Shown one piece after another: positions 61,801 through 64,000 of a DNA stretch of 64,000 nucleotides (its first letter is position 1; each line of letters starts with the position of its first letter). The translations under genes were made by a program, and so were the position numbers. Under the pieces are notes generated by a model, which saw nothing but the letters and a program-made list of their open reading frames with translations, was not told where the DNA came from and made no database searches. This DNA is from Torpedo marmorata (Eukaryota), in NCBI GenBank assembly GCA_977017645.1, contig OZ360231.1, forward strand, positions 8,184,001-8,248,000, read 5' to 3'.

Positions 61801-64000
61801 TTAATCCAATTAATAAATGTATTTCCAAAACCGAATTTTTCCAGTACCTTAAATAAATAATTCCACTCTAATCTATCAAAAGCCTTTTCGGCATCTAATG
61901 TTAATACTAATGCCAGTTTCTCTCTCTTTTGTGCCACGTTTATTAAACTAATTAATCTAGCGATATTATCTTTTGAATATCTGTTCTTAATAAAACCTGT
62001 TTGATCTACAAGAACTAAATCTGGTAAATACTTAGCCACTCTATTTGCTAAAATTTTCGCCATTATTTTATAGTCCACATTTAACAACGAAATTTGTCTA
62101 TATGATTCTGTTTTCAACAAGTCTATCTTTTTTAGGTATAACTGTTATTATTGCATTTGAAAAGGTTTCCGGTAGAGAATGAGTTTCCGTTATTTGTTTT
62201 AACACTTCCATATAAGGAGGTATCAATAAGTCCTTAAACTTCTTATAAAATTCTGATGGGAAACCATCCTCCCCCGGAGATTTCCCACTTGTTAAAGAAC
62301 TAAGAACCTCATTAACTTCTCTCATCGTAAATGGTGAATCTAAAGATTTTTTACTAAGTGTATTTAACCTAGGCATCTTAATTTTGGATAAAAATTTGTT
62401 AATTTTAGAATCATCTTTATCGACTTGAGATGTATATAAATTTAAATAAAAATCCTTGAAAGAATCATTTATTTCTCGCGGTTTATAAGTTACCGGTATT
62501 TTCTTAGAATTCTTTTTTATAGCCGTTCTAGTTCCAGAGGTTTGTTCTTTCTTAAATTGCCAGGCTAAAACTTTATGAGCTCTTTCTTCCAATTCATAAT
62601 ACCTTTGCTTAGTTCTTTCAATGAGTTTTTCCAATTTATATGTTTGTAACGTATTATAATATAATTTTTTCTCAATTAAATTTTTCTTCTTTTCTTCTGA
62701 TCTCTTTTTTTGTAAATCCTTCTCCAAAAACTCAATCTCCTTCTCCAAATTATCAAATTCCTGAATATTTTCCTTCTTAATTTTTGCTGAATAACTTATT
62801 ATCTGACATCTTAAATAAGCTTTCAAAGCATCCAAAATAATAAATTTATTCTCAATGGAATCAGAGTTAATCTGTAAGAATTCTTGGATTTCTCTTCTTA
62901 TATATTTACAAAAATCAGCTCTTTTTAGTAAAGAAGAATTAAACCTCCATCTATATATAATTTTTTCTTTTTCCGGAATTATGCATGACATTAATAAAGG
63001 CGAATGGTCAGAAATTAATCTTTCCTTATATTGTACTTGAGTCACCCTATGTTGTAATTCCGATGACAGTAAAAACATGTCTATTCTAGAATAAGAATCA
63101 TGTCTAGAAGAATAAAAAGAATAGTCTTTTTCTCTCGGATTCAACTTCCTCCAAATAACAATTAAATTCAAATCTTTCATCATAGTAAGAATTCTTTTAG
63201 CAGTTTTAGTTCTAATGATTGATTTGGATGTTTTATCCATTACTGGGTCTAAACAACAATTAAAATCTCCACCAATTAAAATATTATCGTTTGCTTCTAA
63301 CAAATGCATAAAGGAATCTTGAATAAATTGTTCATCTTGCGTATTTGGCACATATATATTCATGAGTCCACATTTCTGAATATATCTGACAGTTTATTAA
63401 GACATATCTTCCTGACCCATCAGTAACCACCGATTGTATTTTAAAGGGTAACTTCTTATTAATTAGTATAGCAACACCTTTAGCCTTAGAATTAAATGAA
63501 GATTCTACCACTTGACCAACCCATTCTCTTTTCAACTTCTGATGTTCTAAATTAGTCAGATGTGTCTCTTGTAATAAAGCTATGTCTACATTTAGCTTTT
63601 TGATGTATGCTAAAGTTTTCTTCCTTTTAATCGGATTATTGAGCCCATTTATATTAATACTGACTACATTTATTAATTTATTGTCCGCCATTGTTGATAT
63701 TTAATAACTCTCTCTCCATCGGATCCACCGGCTCCCCCTTCCACATTTGTAATCTATTTGACATCTCCTTAGAAAGAAAAAGAGAAAAGGATATAAAAAG
63801 AGAATAGAGAACTAAAGAACCCACTATATATAATACTGTTATATTTACACCAGTACTACCACCCTCCATTGCTCTGGAAGTGGCCCTCGCCACTAAAATG
63901 ACGCGCGACTAGGTACGAAGAAGACAAAAAGTCCACCTCCCTCCATACAGATTTCCAACAAAATTTGTTATCGTTTCTTCATCCAGCAACTTCAAGATCT
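58854..64000 (-). mobile_element. Long L1/Tx1-clade LINE (ORF2 complete but frameshifted, plus inter-ORF spacer); continues beyond the window
   Basis: ORFs 63332..63691 (NINGL, LQETH), 62098..63363, 61086..62120, 60219..60968 and 59900..60181. Closest relative by eye is the 29854-33616 copy. Confidence 0.95.
59018..59889 (-). mobile_element. Solo LTR (872 bp) inserted just after the LINE ORF2 stop codon
   Basis: TGTTA...TAACA inverted termini and 4-bp TSD gtgg (59014-59017, 59890-59893). No coding internal region. A second copy lies at 22726. Confidence 0.9.

Noticed and set aside
1-64000. Prokaryotic RT systems (retron, DGR, group II intron) or CRISPR arrays
   Set aside because: All RT ORFs are LINE or Penelope type with TSDs or tails in and around a spliced vertebrate gene, and no regularly spaced repeat-spacer array is present.

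Overview
Eukaryotic, AT-rich, repeat-dense vertebrate DNA. The repeat set (V-SINE/HE1-like SINEs, CR1, Rex1/Babar, Penelope, L1/Tx1) points to a cartilaginous fish; that is inference. One host gene is visible: SETDB2 (H3K9 methyltransferase family; MBD, pre-SET, split SET, post-SET) on the minus strand. I reconstructed 12 coding exons between 50260 and the stop at 7031. All have AG/GT boundaries and compatible phases, totalling 2195 nt (about 731 codons). The small first coding exon was not located. Roughly half the window is L1/Tx1-clade LINE, often nested and with readable target-site duplications. Also present are Rex1/Babar, CR1, a split Penelope with hammerhead-like motifs, two copies of one LTR, Tc1/mariner-type MITEs and SINEs. 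The most unusual signal is seven copies of TA-CCGG-TA. Two are 6-bp insertions relative to paralogous copies in the window and one sits in frame inside a SETDB2 coding exon, which suggests DNA-transposon excision footprints. No prokaryote-type system is present. All alignments were done by eye.
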